A stretch of 8,034 nt of DNA from the NCBI GenBank assembly GCA_051294375.1, contig CM119267.1:16475396-16483429 (forward strand). Direction: 5' to 3'. Each line of letters opens with the position of its first letter. The stretch's first letter is position 1. Position numbers and translations under genes: made by a program. The notes under the pieces were generated by a model that was given only the letters and a program-made list of their open reading frames with translations, was not told the origin of the DNA and did no database searches. Below are positions 7,094 to 8,034 of this stretch, piece by piece. This stretch comes from Paraspadella gotoi (lineage: Eukaryota > Animalia > Chaetognatha).

Positions 7094-7218
7094 TTGAAGG
7101 ATCACGACAACGATTGTCATAACAATGTAGGTCTACCACCGAAATGAAGTTGATGTTATGAGAACAACAAAGACATTGTACCAATTGCGTCATTATGATC
7201 ATGTTTATTGTTGAGGTT

Positions 7219-7270
7219 GACGACGACGACAACGACGACGAAAACGCCGACGACGTCGATGTTGATGACG
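7219..7270 (+). repeat. Degenerate (GAC)n repeat
   Basis: GAC units with AAC/GAA/GCC/GTC/GAT variants kept in 3-nt phase. Confidence 0.8.
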
Positions 7271-7385
7271 GTCGCCATGGCGCGCAAAATCCGTCTCACG
7301 TGCGTCATCTTGCAACAGAAAAAGCCACGAGAGGCATTCCGGAGATGAATTCTTGGGAAACAATGATAAAGAGGAGAAGGAAGAG

Positions 7386-7390
<5 letters not shown>

Positions 7391-7445
<55 letters not shown>

Positions 7446-7473
7446 AGAAGAGAGAGAGAGGAGAGGAGAGAGA
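7391..7473 (+). repeat. (AG)25 microsatellite (7391-7440) within a purine-only tract
   Basis: Perfect 50-nt AG run with GA-rich flanks. Confidence 0.98.
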
Positions 7474-7568
7474 TAAAGATGAAAGGAGGACAAAAAAGAT
7501 CAAAAAAACCGAGAAATGGGAGTCGGCAAGTAAAAACGCATTTTTGGTCGTTCGGCCGTCGGTAATTG

Positions 7569-7579
7569 GCCGCCATCTT
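7569..7579 (+). promoter_or_regulatory. YY1/Pho-type motif, GCCGCCATCTT
   Basis: Exact match to the extended YY1 consensus GCCGCCATNTT. Confidence 0.4.
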
Positions 7580-7716
7580 AACTCCGTCGAACCATCGTCG
7601 TCTGTCGTCGTCGGTCGTCTCTTCTATCGCAGTGTCGTAAAAAAACATAAGTCGCGCACCTGCGTTGCCCTATGGATGGCCCAGAGGGAGGAAGGTAACC
7701 TAGTTCTTCGTCGGAT

Positions 7717-7749
7717 TCGTCGTCGTACGTCACGTCGTCGTCGTCGTCG
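7717..7749 (+). repeat. Degenerate (TCG/GTC)n repeat
   Basis: Read directly from the sequence. Confidence 0.85.
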
Positions 7750-7848
7750 ATCAGTCTTCTTACGGTTATGTTTTTTTGTTTTATTTTATCTAGGGTCTCT
7801 TGAGATAGAGTTTTTTCACTGTCGGGAGCTCTTTTTGTCGTTCACATA

Positions 7849-8034
7849 TTTTCTTATCCTTTCTATTCTTTAGATTCTTTCTATCTTTTTTTCTCATTTC
7901 TTAGTTTCCTTTCTATTTTTCTCTTCTTCTTTATCTTTTATGTTATTCTTATTATCTTTCTTTCTTTCTTTCTTAATAATCTTTTCTCTTTTTTTTCATT
8001 CTTTTTATCATTCTACATTAATTTTTTTCTCTGT
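7849..8034 (+). repeat. T-rich pyrimidine low-complexity tract running off the window end
   Basis: TTC/TTTC/TTAT words with very few G. Confidence 0.88.

Noticed and set aside
6920-7873. Stack of overlapping ORFs on both strands
   Set aside because: Explained by (GAC)n and (GA)n repeats, which lack stop codons in any frame.
1-8034. Conserved animal miRNA, tRNA or hammerhead ribozyme
   Set aside because: By eye I found only seed-length resemblances (AATTGCACTT near 2624, TCAGTCTT at 7751) with no precursor hairpin, cloverleaf or CUGANGA/GAAA core in a proper stem context. A cmscan/Rfam and miRBase search would be the decisive test.

Overview
No recognisable protein-coding gene, RNA gene, CRISPR array or intact transposon is present. 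The window reads as eukaryotic non-coding DNA (intron or intergenic). It is most plausibly from an invertebrate, insect-like genome; this is inferred from abundant undepleted CpG, (GA)n and (GAC)n microsatellites and AT-rich spacers, and the organism cannot be identified. GC/CpG-rich blocks with strong purine/pyrimidine strand asymmetry alternate with AT-rich spacers. Most ORFs in the supplied track are explained by simple repeats (poly-ER/LS, poly-D/R/T/V), and none shows a recognisable domain. The best signals are candidate cis-regulatory architecture: (i) four TCF-type WTCAAAG sites around a canonical G-quadruplex motif at 51-153; (ii) three TTTAT-(GT)GGGAA composite CSL/Su(H) plus posterior-Hox/Caudal-like sites at 643-1061, with a TAACCAC heptamer array among them; (iii) paired TCACGTGA E-boxes and a CTCF-like site; (iv) a hairpin-rich TGTC/GTCAC island at 2784-2936; (v) a CGATA/DRE cluster at 4906-4976; (vi) a GAGA tract flanked by YY1/Pho motifs at 7273-7680. 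There is also a loose mirror-image arrangement of repeat blocks (3.4-4.0 kb versus 6.8-7.1 kb). All functional readings are motif-level hypotheses, and I cannot support a claim of a new biological system from this sequence alone.
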